The notes beneath the pieces were generated by a model, which ran no database searches, was not told where the DNA came from, and saw nothing but the letters and a program-made list of their open reading frames with translations. A stretch of DNA of 64,000 bases, taken from Prevotellaceae bacterium. GTDB lineage: Bacteria; Bacteroidota; Bacteroidia; Bacteroidales; Paludibacteraceae. Location of the stretch: positions 3,428 through 67,427 of the forward strand of contig JAISWT010000111.1 in NCBI GenBank assembly GCA_031271005.1. The letters run 5' to 3'. Position numbers and translations under genes: made by a program. Shown here piece after piece: positions 42,954 through 51,799 of the stretch (the stretch's first letter is position 1; each line of letters begins with the position of its first letter).

Positions 42954-45419
42954 TTATTCCTTCACAAACTTCTTCACAATATTTCCTGCCTTCAAAAAAT
43001 AAACACCTGATGTAAGGCAACTAACATCAATTGTGTGGCTATCTCCTGAGAATTCCGAAGTAATAACGATTTTCCCTGATATGTCATAAATTTCAACTTC
43101 GCAAGTTCCGATACTTAAATCTTTACTCACAATTTTCAGTTTCGCAGTTACCGGATTCGGAAAAATCTGAAAAAATTGATTATTACTATCCACAGAAGGA
43201 ATTTCTGCTGGTATTACATCAAAGGACAGCCCCTCTTCCAGTTTGGCTTCAGGCATCCAGTCAAACAGAAATGACGGGTCGGTAACGTGCTTAAACACAT
43301 TTCCTACTGTGAACAAAGCGGCTTCCGATTCTGATATAACAATGCCTCCATTAGCGCGTTGCGAAAGGTCAGCCCCGCCCTCGCCTATTGTTCCATATTC
43401 TACAAAAACAGGATTAAGCCCTCCGGTCATTGTTGTCCAGCCTTGCGGGTTGAGCGTATTTGGGGCATTGCAACGGATGAAAGCCGCTTTGGGACGCGCT
43501 TGCCACGGGCGACCAAAGTGGAACGAAGTCATGGCATCATCATTAAAATCCAACTCCCCAGACGGAAGAGACCTTAAGTCGCAATCCAAAAAGACCATCC
43601 CGTAGGCAGTAGTTGCTTCGGTTGAAGGCGCAACAATCACACTGTTTTTGCGGTTAGCATAAGTGGTGCAATTATCGAACACACAAGTCTGACGACCGAA
43701 AATAAAATCAACATTCCCTTCAATATAACATTCTTTAAAATAAGCCCTGCCAATGCTGTTACCGAGATAAGTATCCTGATATCCCAGAATATTGCAATGA
43801 TAAAACGCCTGACGGTCGCCCTGTGTTTTCAGTGCAACAGCCTGCTTTGCCTGGAGCGGGTCGATAGTGGCATTTTTGTAAAGATTTTGGAAAGTGATAT
43901 ATGCTGCGGTAAAGTCGTTGCCAAAGACGGCTACTGTCTGCGAATTGCTTGTACCCCAAGTTGAGCCACTTCCGTTATCCATCCCGGCAGCAATACTATC
44001 AACAATGACGGTATGTGCAACGCTGTCTTTCCAATAGCCCACAAGATAGACCTTGTTTTTATTTTGAGCGAGCGTGGGACGTTCTCTGTAAATTCCCGGT
44101 TTCACCCTGATAATATAGTTTCCGAGATAATTTGTGGGAACTGCGTCAAAAGCGTCTTGAATTGTTGTATAATCGCCGTCTCCGTACTTTGATACGGTCT
44201 TTTCCACCTGTGGCTGCGAGGCGAGCGTTGTGGCGCTCACTTGCTCTCCGTAGGACGTACCAACGCTGTTTGTAGCGAAAGCCCTTGCAAAATACGTCTG
44301 CTGCGGTTCCAGATTGCCGGCATAACCGTTGAATGTTCCGATGTCGCTACCCTTCACGCTTTTGAAGTCCGACACGGTAGGATTTTCGGAGGCGCTATAC
44401 ACAACGCCTCTTTCTGTAACCTCTGCGCCGCCCCAGTCGCTAACGTTGCAGTTGTTGATTGCAAAACCGGTGTTGGTAATGCCCGAAACAGCGCCTGTTG
44501 TAACCGTTGGAAGCGACAATTGCGACAATGTGGTGAAAAACATCTGCTCGCTATACCCTGTGCCTGCTTCGTTAGTTGCATAAGACCTGACGTAGTAAGT
44601 TGCATTTGTCTCAAGTTCTTGCAATTGAACTGCAAAATTTCCGTTTTTGGTGTCAGTGTCAACGGTTTTACTTTCAAGGTATATGGTCGGCATTTCCTCA
44701 GTACTCCACACAAATCCGCAAGCGCTGATTGAGCCGCCCCCGTTGTCTAATATGCCGGACGATGTTTTTGCCGAATTGGTTGAGATGTAAGTGGCGGCGG
44801 TTGGGGTTGCAAGCGCGGGAAGTTCTATAACGAGTTCGCCCGGCGTAGTTCCTTTAATGATGATGTCTTTAAGACATATTTGTTTTCCGGTGGAAACATT
44901 TTTATAGTAAGGATATATCCTAAAATATATTTTCCCGCCTGATTCCACCAACAAATTATCCACTTCCTCAACCATTTGCTGAAGTCCTGTGGTGTTGTCT
45001 CTGCCTATTGCCTCGTTTTCGAGATAAGGAATTTTTGTTCTCTGTATGAAATCAGGGTCTGTTGAATAGTAAAAATTAGCCCTCATTTCGCCACCTCCTT
45101 TTCCGCAAAACCAGCCCGAAATTTCAGTAACGGTAAAACTGCCGCCTTCTATCGGTCCAACAGAAAATTGAATGTATTTACCGGCATCTTCGGCTGTGTG
45201 CCAGTCTGTGTTGTCTACAGACTGTACCGAGAGACAGCCATCAGGACCGTCGTATGCCTTAAATTGCAGTCCTGCAAGTTCATAGTTACCATCGCTCAAT
45301 GCCCCAACAATTTCACTGTCGGTATTGCCTACACAAGACCAAGTTGCTCTCGCGGGGATTTGAGAGGACACAAAACACGACACCAATAATGCCGTGATAA
45401 ATAAAGATATTTTTTTCAT
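42954..45419 (-). CDS. Pectin methylesterase (CE8) with N-terminal beta-sandwich repeats and T9SS C-terminal sorting domain
   Basis: 821 aa. CE8 blocks QAVALKTQGDR, GYQDTYLG, GNVDFIFG and FHFGRPWQ. The last ~80 aa (FQIFPNPVTAKLKI...GVYFLKAGN..KKFVKE) fit the Por/T9SS CTD. Confidence 0.88.
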   Translation of the reverse strand: MKKISLFITALLVSCFVSSQIPARATWSCVGNTDSEIVGALSDGNYELAGLQFKAYDGPDGCLSVQSVDNTDWHTAEDAGKYIQFSVGPIEGGSFTVTEISGWFCGKGGGEMRANFYYSTDPDFIQRTKIPYLENEAIGRDNTTGLQQMVEEVDNLLVESGGKIYFRIYPYYKNVSTGKQICLKDIIIKGTTPGELVIELPALATPTAATYISTNSAKTSSGILDNGGGSISACGFVWSTEEMPTIYLESKTVDTDTKNGNFAVQLQELETNATYYVRSYATNEAGTGYSEQMFFTTLSQLSLPTVTTGAVSGITNTGFAINNCNVSDWGGAEVTERGVVYSASENPTVSDFKSVKGSDIGTFNGYAGNLEPQQTYFARAFATNSVGTSYGEQVSATTLASQPQVEKTVSKYGDGDYTTIQDAFDAVPTNYLGNYIIRVKPGIYRERPTLAQNKNKVYLVGYWKDSVAHTVIVDSIAAGMDNGSGSTWGTSNSQTVAVFGNDFTAAYITFQNLYKNATIDPLQAKQAVALKTQGDRQAFYHCNILGYQDTYLGNSIGRAYFKECYIEGNVDFIFGRQTCVFDNCTTYANRKNSVIVAPSTEATTAYGMVFLDCDLRSLPSGELDFNDDAMTSFHFGRPWQARPKAAFIRCNAPNTLNPQGWTTMTGGLNPVFVEYGTIGEGGADLSQRANGGIVISESEAALFTVGNVFKHVTDPSFLFDWMPEAKLEEGLSFDVIPAEIPSVDSNNQFFQIFPNPVTAKLKIVSKDLSIGTCEVEIYDISGKIVITSEFSGDSHTIDVSCLTSGVYFLKAGNIVKKFVKE

Positions 45420-45458
45420 GATAAATTAAATGTGTTAGTTAAATATATATAATTACGA

Positions 45459-45466
45459 CAAAATTA
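45459..45466 (-). promoter_or_regulatory. Candidate -7 promoter box (TAATTTTG on minus strand)
   Basis: TAnnTTTG match 40 bp upstream of the CE8 gene start. Confidence 0.5.
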
Positions 45467-45574
45467 CATGAAAAACACGAGTTTTCCAAATGTATAAAAT
45501 GAAGTTTTTTTTATGTGTTGATTATTTAATTATTTTAAAAAAAAAGATTTTTTTGCTCTCTGAAATTATTTTTA

Positions 45575-45582
45575 TACTTTTG
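45575..45582 (+). promoter_or_regulatory. Candidate -7 promoter box (TACTTTTG)
   Basis: TAnnTTTG match 34 bp upstream of the 45616 start. Confidence 0.5.
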
Positions 45583-45615
45583 CTCTTCCTGAAACACTAA
45601 TTTATTATATAGATA

Positions 45616-45906
45616 ATGTCAGAATTAAAAATTGTAGCAACCGTTGTTGCAAAACCCGAATTTCAGAATGATTTGGAACAAGCGTTTCAAATCGTAGTTG
45701 ATGAAACCCGCAAGGAAGCGGGCAATGTCCTGTACGAACTGAATCGTAACGTAAATAATCCGTTGAAATACATTATATTGGAAACATGGCAATCGCAGGA
45801 AGCCATCAACCTGCATAATGACAGCGCACACTTCAAAGCGTTTGTAAATGCTATTGAAGGAAAAGTAGAAAGTTTGACGGTAGATGTTATACGGAAAGTC
45901 TATTAA
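45616..45906 (+). CDS. ABM-domain (antibiotic biosynthesis monooxygenase / YgiN-like quinol monooxygenase) protein
   Basis: 96 aa. The pattern ...E.GN..Y.L......P..Y.I.E.W.S.EA...H..S.HFKAF is typical of the ABM ferredoxin-like fold. Confidence 0.7.
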   Translation: MSELKIVATVVAKPEFQNDLEQAFQIVVDETRKEAGNVLYELNRNVNNPLKYIILETWQSQEAINLHNDSAHFKAFVNAIEGKVESLTVDVIRKVY

Positions 45907-45975
45907 ATCTGTTACCTGCGCAGCAGAGAGATTTAACAGACTTTAATTGAACCCTAACAAGGTGCGTGCCAAAAG

Positions 45976-47055
45976 ATGAATGGGAAATCAAAATGGAAAG
46001 CCAATTTCCGAATTGTTTTTTTCTTACTGCTTTTGTTCCCAAAAATTAAATTAAAATTTGACATGAACGATTTGGTAGACGAAACAGGAAACGCAGGTGC
46101 AACCTGCACAAACAATACAAACGGAGCAAAACTGCTCTACAAGTCGCAAACGCGCTTTATGTTTCATTCGCACGTAAAAATCAAATTGCCTGCATTCTAC
46201 CCCGACAATTTGTTTGATTCACTGTTCGCTGTTGCCGAAAATTTTGATAAAAATTACAACACATTTTCCAAAAATTCGTTTTTAGATAAAATCAACAAAA
46301 ATTCAGGCAGTTTTACTGACGTTGATACTCAAACAGTTGACTTGTTGCAAAGCGTAATTGCGCTTTGCAACAATTTTGATGGCGAGTATGACATTACGGT
46401 TATGCCGCTACTGCGAGCGTTGGGATTTTTCGAGTCTGAAATCAGCCCGCACCGCAGCAACCGCAGAATGCAGAACTCGTTGGAACAGAGCAAAAAACTT
46501 GTGGATTTCAGGCGCATTGAAATTCGCGGCAATTTTGTAAAAACTGGCAAGCAACAGGAAATTGTAAGTGGCTCATTTCTAAAAGGTTATGCTGTTGATA
46601 AGGTGATTGCGCAAATGAGAGCAGCCGGCATTTCCGACGGCATGGTAAATGCCGGTGGCAGCACACTGTTTGCATTGGCAAACCAGCAGCACAAAAACTG
46701 GCAAATTATTGTTAATCACCCTGCTACAAACAAAAATTTGTTCAATTTAAATATTAAAAATCAATGTTTTTCCACCTCGGCGCAAAATATTATTTTCGTT
46801 GAAAACGGCAATCGTAAGTTCGGACATATTATTAATCCAAAAACGGGATTGCCTTCTGAAAATCAGCAAGTTGGAATAATCTCAAACGATTGTCTCACGG
46901 GCGACGTGTTTTCAACCGCACTGATGAATTTCACCGGAAAAACATTTTTGAAAAAGATAAAACTCTTACGTCAAAACTTTGATATTGAAGGATTTATGCT
47001 CGACAATGATGACAAGTTGTTTTTTTCTGACGGCTTTAAAAATTATTTTTGCTAA
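45976..47055 (+). CDS. apbE: FAD:protein FMN transferase (ApbE family)
   Basis: 359 aa. ApbE-like blocks ..YDITVMPL...GF.., SGSFLKGYAVDKV, ..NAGGS.., GHIINPKTG.P and ..TGDVFSTALM. The start choice (45976 versus an internal ATG) is uncertain. Confidence 0.8.
   Translation: MNGKSKWKANFRIVFFLLLLFPKIKLKFDMNDLVDETGNAGATCTNNTNGAKLLYKSQTRFMFHSHVKIKLPAFYPDNLFDSLFAVAENFDKNYNTFSKNSFLDKINKNSGSFTDVDTQTVDLLQSVIALCNNFDGEYDITVMPLLRALGFFESEISPHRSNRRMQNSLEQSKKLVDFRRIEIRGNFVKTGKQQEIVSGSFLKGYAVDKVIAQMRAAGISDGMVNAGGSTLFALANQQHKNWQIIVNHPATNKNLFNLNIKNQCFSTSAQNIIFVENGNRKFGHIINPKTGLPSENQQVGIISNDCLTGDVFSTALMNFTGKTFLKKIKLLRQNFDIEGFMLDNDDKLFFSDGFKNYFC
47044..47051 (+). promoter_or_regulatory. Candidate -7 promoter box (TATTTTTG) inside the last apbE codons
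   Basis: TAnnTTTG match 95 bp upstream of the rdgB ATG, placing the whole left inverted repeat in the rdgB 5' leader. Confidence 0.4.
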
Positions 47056-47145
47056 ATGAAACGAACACGATTAACAAAACACACAAGGTTATGATTATGT
47101 TGTCGTGTGAGTTCCATCTGACCTTAAAAAATAAAATATAAACAG
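47056..47145 (+). repeat. 90-bp inverted repeat, left copy (abuts the rdgB start codon)
   Basis: atgaaacgaacacgattaacaaaacacacaaggttatgattatgttgtcgtgtgagttccatctgaccttaaaaaataaaatataaacag. Compared with the reverse complement of 49437-49530 it has 1 substitution and a 4-nt indel. Confidence 0.95.
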
Positions 47146-47724
47146 ATGAAACAGATTATTTTTGCTACCGGCAATGCACACAAACTCGAAGAAGCATGCG
47201 CCATTTTGAAGGATTTTAAAATATTGAGTTTGAATCACTTGGGCTTCACCGAAGACATTCCCGAAACTGCCGATACCTTACAAGGGAATGCTTTGCTCAA
47301 GGCGCGTTTCATACACCAAAAATACGGTATGGATTGCTTTTCAGATGATACGGGGCTCGAAATTGCTGCGCTCGGCGGTGCGCCCGGAGTACATTCGGCG
47401 CGGTTTGCAGGCGAGCATAAAAGCCCGATTGACAACATGCGAAAAGTGTTGCAACTGCTTGAGAACCAGCAAAACCGCAGAGCGCAATTTAGAACCGTTA
47501 TCGCACTTATTTTCAACGAAAAAGAATATATTTTTGAAGGAAAAACACAAGGAACAATAATCACTGAACCGCGTGGGTCAGACGGTTTTGGCTACGACCC
47601 TGTTTTTATGCCGGACGGCTACGACAAAAGTTTTGCGCAACTTGCTGCAAACAAAAAAAACGCAATCAGTCATCGCGCTATGGCATTGAAAAAAATGGCA
47701 TATTTTTTATTGAAAAATAAATAA
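47146..47724 (+). CDS. rdgB: Non-canonical purine NTP pyrophosphatase (RdgB/HAM1 family)
   Basis: 192 aa. FATGNAHKLEE, DDTGLEI.AL.G.PGV.SAR, GFGYDPVF and ISHR motifs. Confidence 0.9.
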   Translation: MKQIIFATGNAHKLEEACAILKDFKILSLNHLGFTEDIPETADTLQGNALLKARFIHQKYGMDCFSDDTGLEIAALGGAPGVHSARFAGEHKSPIDNMRKVLQLLENQQNRRAQFRTVIALIFNEKEYIFEGKTQGTIITEPRGSDGFGYDPVFMPDGYDKSFAQLAANKKNAISHRAMALKKMAYFLLKNK

Positions 47725-47780
47725 AAATACTCCTGCCAATATTAAAATAACAGAATATTATTACAAATGGCTGTTTTTTT

Positions 47781-48008
47781 CAATCGCCATATCCATACGA
47801 AAAACAATACTTTTGGCGAGAACATGATGGAGGTTCTCGCCATATCTATACAAAAAACAGTACTTTTGGCGAGAACCTAATAGAGGTTTTCGCCACATCT
47901 ATATAAAAAACAATACTTTTGGCGAGAACCTGATAGAGGTTCTCGCCATATCTATATAAAAAACAGTACTTCTGGCGAGAACCTAATGGAGGTTTTCGCC
48001 ACATCTTA
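47781..48008. repeat. 53-bp tandem repeat with embedded hairpin (3 full units plus partial units at both ends)
   Basis: Units start at 47815, 47868, 47921 and 47974. Unit sequence is ggcgagaacc-N8-ggttctcgcc atatctatacaaaaaacagtactttt. The array lies between the convergent 3' ends of rdgB and the ATPase gene. Confidence 0.92.
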
Positions 48009-48014
48009 TTTTCT

Positions 48015-49436
48015 TTACTTGAACAAATCTGCTAATGTAATTTCCTTTTGTATTGTGCCGTAATACTTGTTTTTTGTTACTCCATAAGTAGTTAGCATGA
48101 GCAAATGTACTGCTTTCTGCGTCTTTGTTTCTGAAATAAGACTGGCAACTTTGTTGCGCAATTTCTCATCATATTCTTTGTTGATAGTGAATTTTGATTT
48201 TGAAAATTTTATTTCGCATAAATCTGTCAAACCGTCTTTGCGGTCGATAATCAGGTCAATTTGTGCAGCGGGCTTTGTACCTTTGCTATTTCGCCACGAG
48301 GCAACCGATGCTTGTATGCCCGCGATACCAAGCGCTTCTTTTACTTCCCTAATGTGCTGCAATACAAGAATTTCAAAGGCAAAACCAGCCCAAGCATTTT
48401 GTTGCGGCGTGTTTTCCGAGTTAGTCCAAAAATGTGTGTCGTTGTACTCGTTGTTCGACAGATATTTGAAATAAAACAGTGTGAACGAGTCAATTAATTG
48501 ATATAAAATATCACGTTTTCTTTTTCCGAACGAAGAATATGAGCGAATAAAACCACTGTTTTCCAAATTTTCCAGCATTGTTGTAAAGCCACCGCCCGTA
48601 CTGATTTTTGTTGCTTTTGATATTTCCTGTCGTGTAAGTCCTTTGGATTTTTTGCTCAATGCCTCAACAATTTTCATATACTCTTCGGAATCTCTGAAAA
48701 GCGACTTGTACAGATTTTTAAATTCGCTTTTTAATTCTGCAAACTTATCAAAAAACAGAAAATCAATATTTTGCGACAAACTCAATTCTTTTTTAATTTT
48801 ACTTAAATAAAACGGTATGCCGCCCAAAATCATATAACATTCGGCAATTTGATATTGTGAGAACTTTATTTTTTGTGATTTTAAATACTTCTCACACTCT
48901 TTCAGTGTGAACGGTTCGAGAAAAATAGAGGCAGTGATTCGATTATGCAATCCGCCGTGATTGTTTATTAACTTATTGATTATCCACGAGGTAGCAGAGC
49001 CGCAAACGATTAAAAAAACGTCTTTTCGGGCGCAAGCCCATCCGTTCCAAAAATGCTCTAACGCCGCGAGAAAACGGGAGCAATGCGTATCTAACCAGGG
49101 AATCTCGTCAATAAAAATGATTTTGCGCTTTTCTTTTGACTTAGAAATGACTGTTATCAGGTCTTCAAAGGCGTAAATCCACGACTTGGCGACAGAAAAT
49201 TCTCCCAAACCAACTTTGTTAAGCGAAATAGTGAAATTGGTTAGTTGTTCTTTGATGTTAGAATTTGCCAATCCTGCCATATCGAAGAAAAATTTTTCTT
49301 TGAATGTCTCCCGTATTAAAAAAGTTTTGCCTACGCGCCTTCTGCCGTAAACCGCCGCAAATTCAGGCTTGGAAGAGTTGTATAAATCAACTAACCGCCT
49401 CTGTTCCTGTACTCTACCAATGATATTTGATTTCAT
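48015..49436 (-). CDS. AAA-type ATP-binding protein (archaeal-ATPase-like N-terminal domain plus DUF234-like C-terminal region)
   Basis: 473 aa. Walker A YGRRRVGKTF and Walker B IIFIDEIPWL. The overall layout is typical of the widespread PF01637/DUF234 ATPases. Confidence 0.8.
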   Translation of the reverse strand: MKSNIIGRVQEQRRLVDLYNSSKPEFAAVYGRRRVGKTFLIRETFKEKFFFDMAGLANSNIKEQLTNFTISLNKVGLGEFSVAKSWIYAFEDLITVISKSKEKRKIIFIDEIPWLDTHCSRFLAALEHFWNGWACARKDVFLIVCGSATSWIINKLINNHGGLHNRITASIFLEPFTLKECEKYLKSQKIKFSQYQIAECYMILGGIPFYLSKIKKELSLSQNIDFLFFDKFAELKSEFKNLYKSLFRDSEEYMKIVEALSKKSKGLTRQEISKATKISTGGGFTTMLENLENSGFIRSYSSFGKRKRDILYQLIDSFTLFYFKYLSNNEYNDTHFWTNSENTPQQNAWAGFAFEILVLQHIREVKEALGIAGIQASVASWRNSKGTKPAAQIDLIIDRKDGLTDLCEIKFSKSKFTINKEYDEKLRNKVASLISETKTQKAVHLLMLTTYGVTKNKYYGTIQKEITLADLFK

Positions 49437-49530
49437 CTGTTTGTTTATATTTTATTTTTTAAGGTCAGATGGAACTCACACGACAACATAATCATAACCT
49501 TGTGTGTTTTGTTAACCGTGTTCGTTTCAT
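49437..49530 (-). repeat. 90-bp inverted repeat, right copy (abuts the ATPase start codon)
   Basis: Reverse complement of the left copy, with G for A at one position and an extra aaca before the start codon. Confidence 0.95.
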
Positions 49531-49554
49531 AAGATAAGGATTTAAACTTCGCTA

Positions 49555-49562
49555 CAAAGTTA
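49555..49562 (-). promoter_or_regulatory. Candidate -7 promoter box (TAACTTTG on minus strand)
   Basis: TAnnTTTG match 119 bp upstream of the ATPase start, just outside the right inverted repeat. Confidence 0.4.
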
Positions 49563-49645
49563 CAAAAAATATTTGTTTTGGCGAAATCTACCCATAGGTT
49601 CTCGCCATATCTATACAAAAAACAGTACTTTTGGCGAGAACCTCT
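49563..49645. repeat. Additional 53-bp repeat units (about 1.5 copies) upstream of the ATPase gene
   Basis: ggcgaaatctacccataggttctcgccatatctatacaaaaaacagtacttttggcgagaacc, in the same orientation as the 47781-48008 array. Confidence 0.85.
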
Positions 49646-49905
49646 CAATTTGCACAAACTTAAAAATATGGAATTTTGTGCATGGGAAACAGTAAGCGCC
49701 TGAAAATCAATTTTTTTTTTCAAAATCTTTGAAATTTCTTTTTACAGTACGCAAACAAGATTAAAAAAAATGTAAGTCGCTGATTACAGGAAATTTGTAA
49801 TGAGACAAGTTACAATATGAGTTAAAATGAACTTGCAAAAATTGAACGAAAAAATAAAAAAAACTGTTTTTTTTTGAAAAAAAATAGAACACATTAAATT
49901 TTTTT

Positions 49906-49913
49906 ATATATTT
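49906..49913 (+). promoter_or_regulatory. Candidate -7 promoter box (TATATTTG)
   Basis: TAnnTTTG match 303 bp upstream of the exbB ATG. Confidence 0.35.
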
Positions 49914-50215
49914 GCAGTCCCATTATATCGCTAAGTTTTTGTGGGTTGCAGTTGCAAAATTGCAGTAAAAATTTGAGGATAGAAACACCCTAAGATAAGG
50001 GAAGTGCGTACAGCAATGTTTTTTTTAACAGACGGATATTTATAGATATTAAGTTTAAATTGTTTTGTCAATTACATTTTTTTTGAGAGACACAATAAAA
50101 ACAGCGTTTTGCAGTTATCTAAAAGATGAACAAACTGCCTTATTATTTGACATGAAAAATAAAACAAAATAATAATAAAAAAAATACATTAAAGTTTTAA
50201 AAAAAAAAGTTTATT

Positions 50216-51013
50216 ATGGAAACTAAAAAACAAAAAGTAAAAAAATCTAATGGCGTATCCGCCGCACTTGTTGTACTCGCCTGCGCAGTAGTAGCATTCG
50301 TGTTTTTCTTTGGATATTGCGGTGCAGCATCGCATTTTGATGCAAAAGGTCACCCAATTGACTTCTTTGGAATGTACTTTCAGGGCGGTTTCGTTGTGCC
50401 AATCATCATCACTTTGTTATTGACGGTAATAGTGCTTTCAGTAGAACGCGCCATTGCTTTGAGCAAAGCCAAGGGCAAAAAGAAACTTTTGGGTTTTGTA
50501 GAAGCCGTTAACGCCAAACTTGGCAGTGACGATCTTGCCGGCGCACGCAAATTGTGCGACGAACAGGGTGGCAGCGTGGCAAACATTTTGACCTCTGCTC
50601 TGCTTCGTTACGAAGACATTGACCGCAAAGACATTTCTAATGATGAAAAGGAAGAAATGGTACGCAAAGAAATAGAAGATGCAACTACACTCGAAATGCC
50701 AACTCTGGAACAAAACATGAGCGTTATTGCAACAATTTCTACACTCGGTACTCTGATGGGATTGTTTGGGACTGTGCTTGGTATGATTCGCTCCTTTGGC
50801 GCTATGGGACAGGAAGGCGCACCCGACTCCACCGCTTTGGCTGTTGGTATATCAGAAGCCCTTTATAATACTGCCACAGGTATCGGCACAGGCGCTTTGG
50901 CTATCGTTTCTTATGGATATTTTTCCGGCAAAATTCAAGATATTACTAACGCTGTAGATGAAATCGGCTTCACAATAGGTCAAACATTTACAAAACGCTC
51001 GTTGAAAAAGTAA
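50216..51013 (+). CDS. exbB: MotA/TolQ/ExbB proton-channel family protein
   Basis: 265 aa. Three TM segments and the conserved ..TLGTLMGLFGTVLGMIRSF.. and ..GISEALYNTATGI.. blocks. First gene of an exbB-exbD-exbD-tonB cluster. Confidence 0.9.
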   Translation: METKKQKVKKSNGVSAALVVLACAVVAFVFFFGYCGAASHFDAKGHPIDFFGMYFQGGFVVPIIITLLLTVIVLSVERAIALSKAKGKKKLLGFVEAVNAKLGSDDLAGARKLCDEQGGSVANILTSALLRYEDIDRKDISNDEKEEMVRKEIEDATTLEMPTLEQNMSVIATISTLGTLMGLFGTVLGMIRSFGAMGQEGAPDSTALAVGISEALYNTATGIGTGALAIVSYGYFSGKIQDITNAVDEIGFTIGQTFTKRSLKK

Positions 51014-51118
51014 AGCCCTTGCCCGCAATAGCGGCAAGTACGAGCAGAACAAAGCCAAATCCTTATTTGTGAGGGATTTAGCAATTGTAGTATTTTAATT
51101 TATTTAAAGGAAAAAAAA

Positions 51119-51766
51119 ATGTCAAAAATAAAACAGAAAAAACACAGTACGTTTATTGACATGACGGCAATGAGTGACGTTACTGTCCTTCTGCTTACGT
51201 TCTTTATGAGTACGGCAACGTTTTTGCCCAAAGAGCCGATACAGGTAACATCGCCGGGGTCGGTAATGGAAATCAAAATTCCGGACGCTTTTATCACCAC
51301 CATTCTTATAAGACCGGATGGGAAAGCATACGTGAATTTTGACCGCCCAAACGACCGTAGAGCCATATTGAACAAGATAGGAAAGGACTACAACATCACT
51401 TTCAGCAAGGACCAGACCAATGCGTTCTTGAATCAGCCATCCATAGGCGTACCCATCAACAACACCACGTTTCCAAAGTTCCTTGACCTGTCGCTCACCG
51501 AGCAGGACGAGTACCTGAAAACACACGGGCTCGCTACCGACAGCGCAGACAATCAACTTAAAACGTGGCTAACAACGGCTATCAACGTTGCAAGAGAGGA
51601 CGGCGAAGAATATGCAAAAAAATATAACATCGCAATAAAAGCCGACAGGGGAACACCCTACGACAATGTTGCACCTGTTATTTCTACTTTGCAGGATTTG
51701 CACCTGAACCGCTTCAACCTGATAACCACTTTGGAGCAGATGCCAAATCTTTTGGCTACCAATTAA
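51119..51766 (+). CDS. exbD: ExbD/TolR family biopolymer transport protein
   Basis: 215 aa. N-terminal DMTAMSDVTVLLLTFFM anchor typical of ExbD; located after exbB. Confidence 0.85.
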   Translation: MSKIKQKKHSTFIDMTAMSDVTVLLLTFFMSTATFLPKEPIQVTSPGSVMEIKIPDAFITTILIRPDGKAYVNFDRPNDRRAILNKIGKDYNITFSKDQTNAFLNQPSIGVPINNTTFPKFLDLSLTEQDEYLKTHGLATDSADNQLKTWLTTAINVAREDGEEYAKKYNIAIKADRGTPYDNVAPVISTLQDLHLNRFNLITTLEQMPNLLATN

Positions 51767-51799
51767 TTTTTAACATAAAGAAAAAGAAAGGAAAATAAA

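Noticed and set aside
47781-48008. Possible CRISPR array suggested by regularly spaced palindromic repeats.
   Set aside because: The units are directly abutting 53-bp repeats with no unique spacers. The variable part is only the 8-nt hairpin loop, and no cas genes or leader are in the window.
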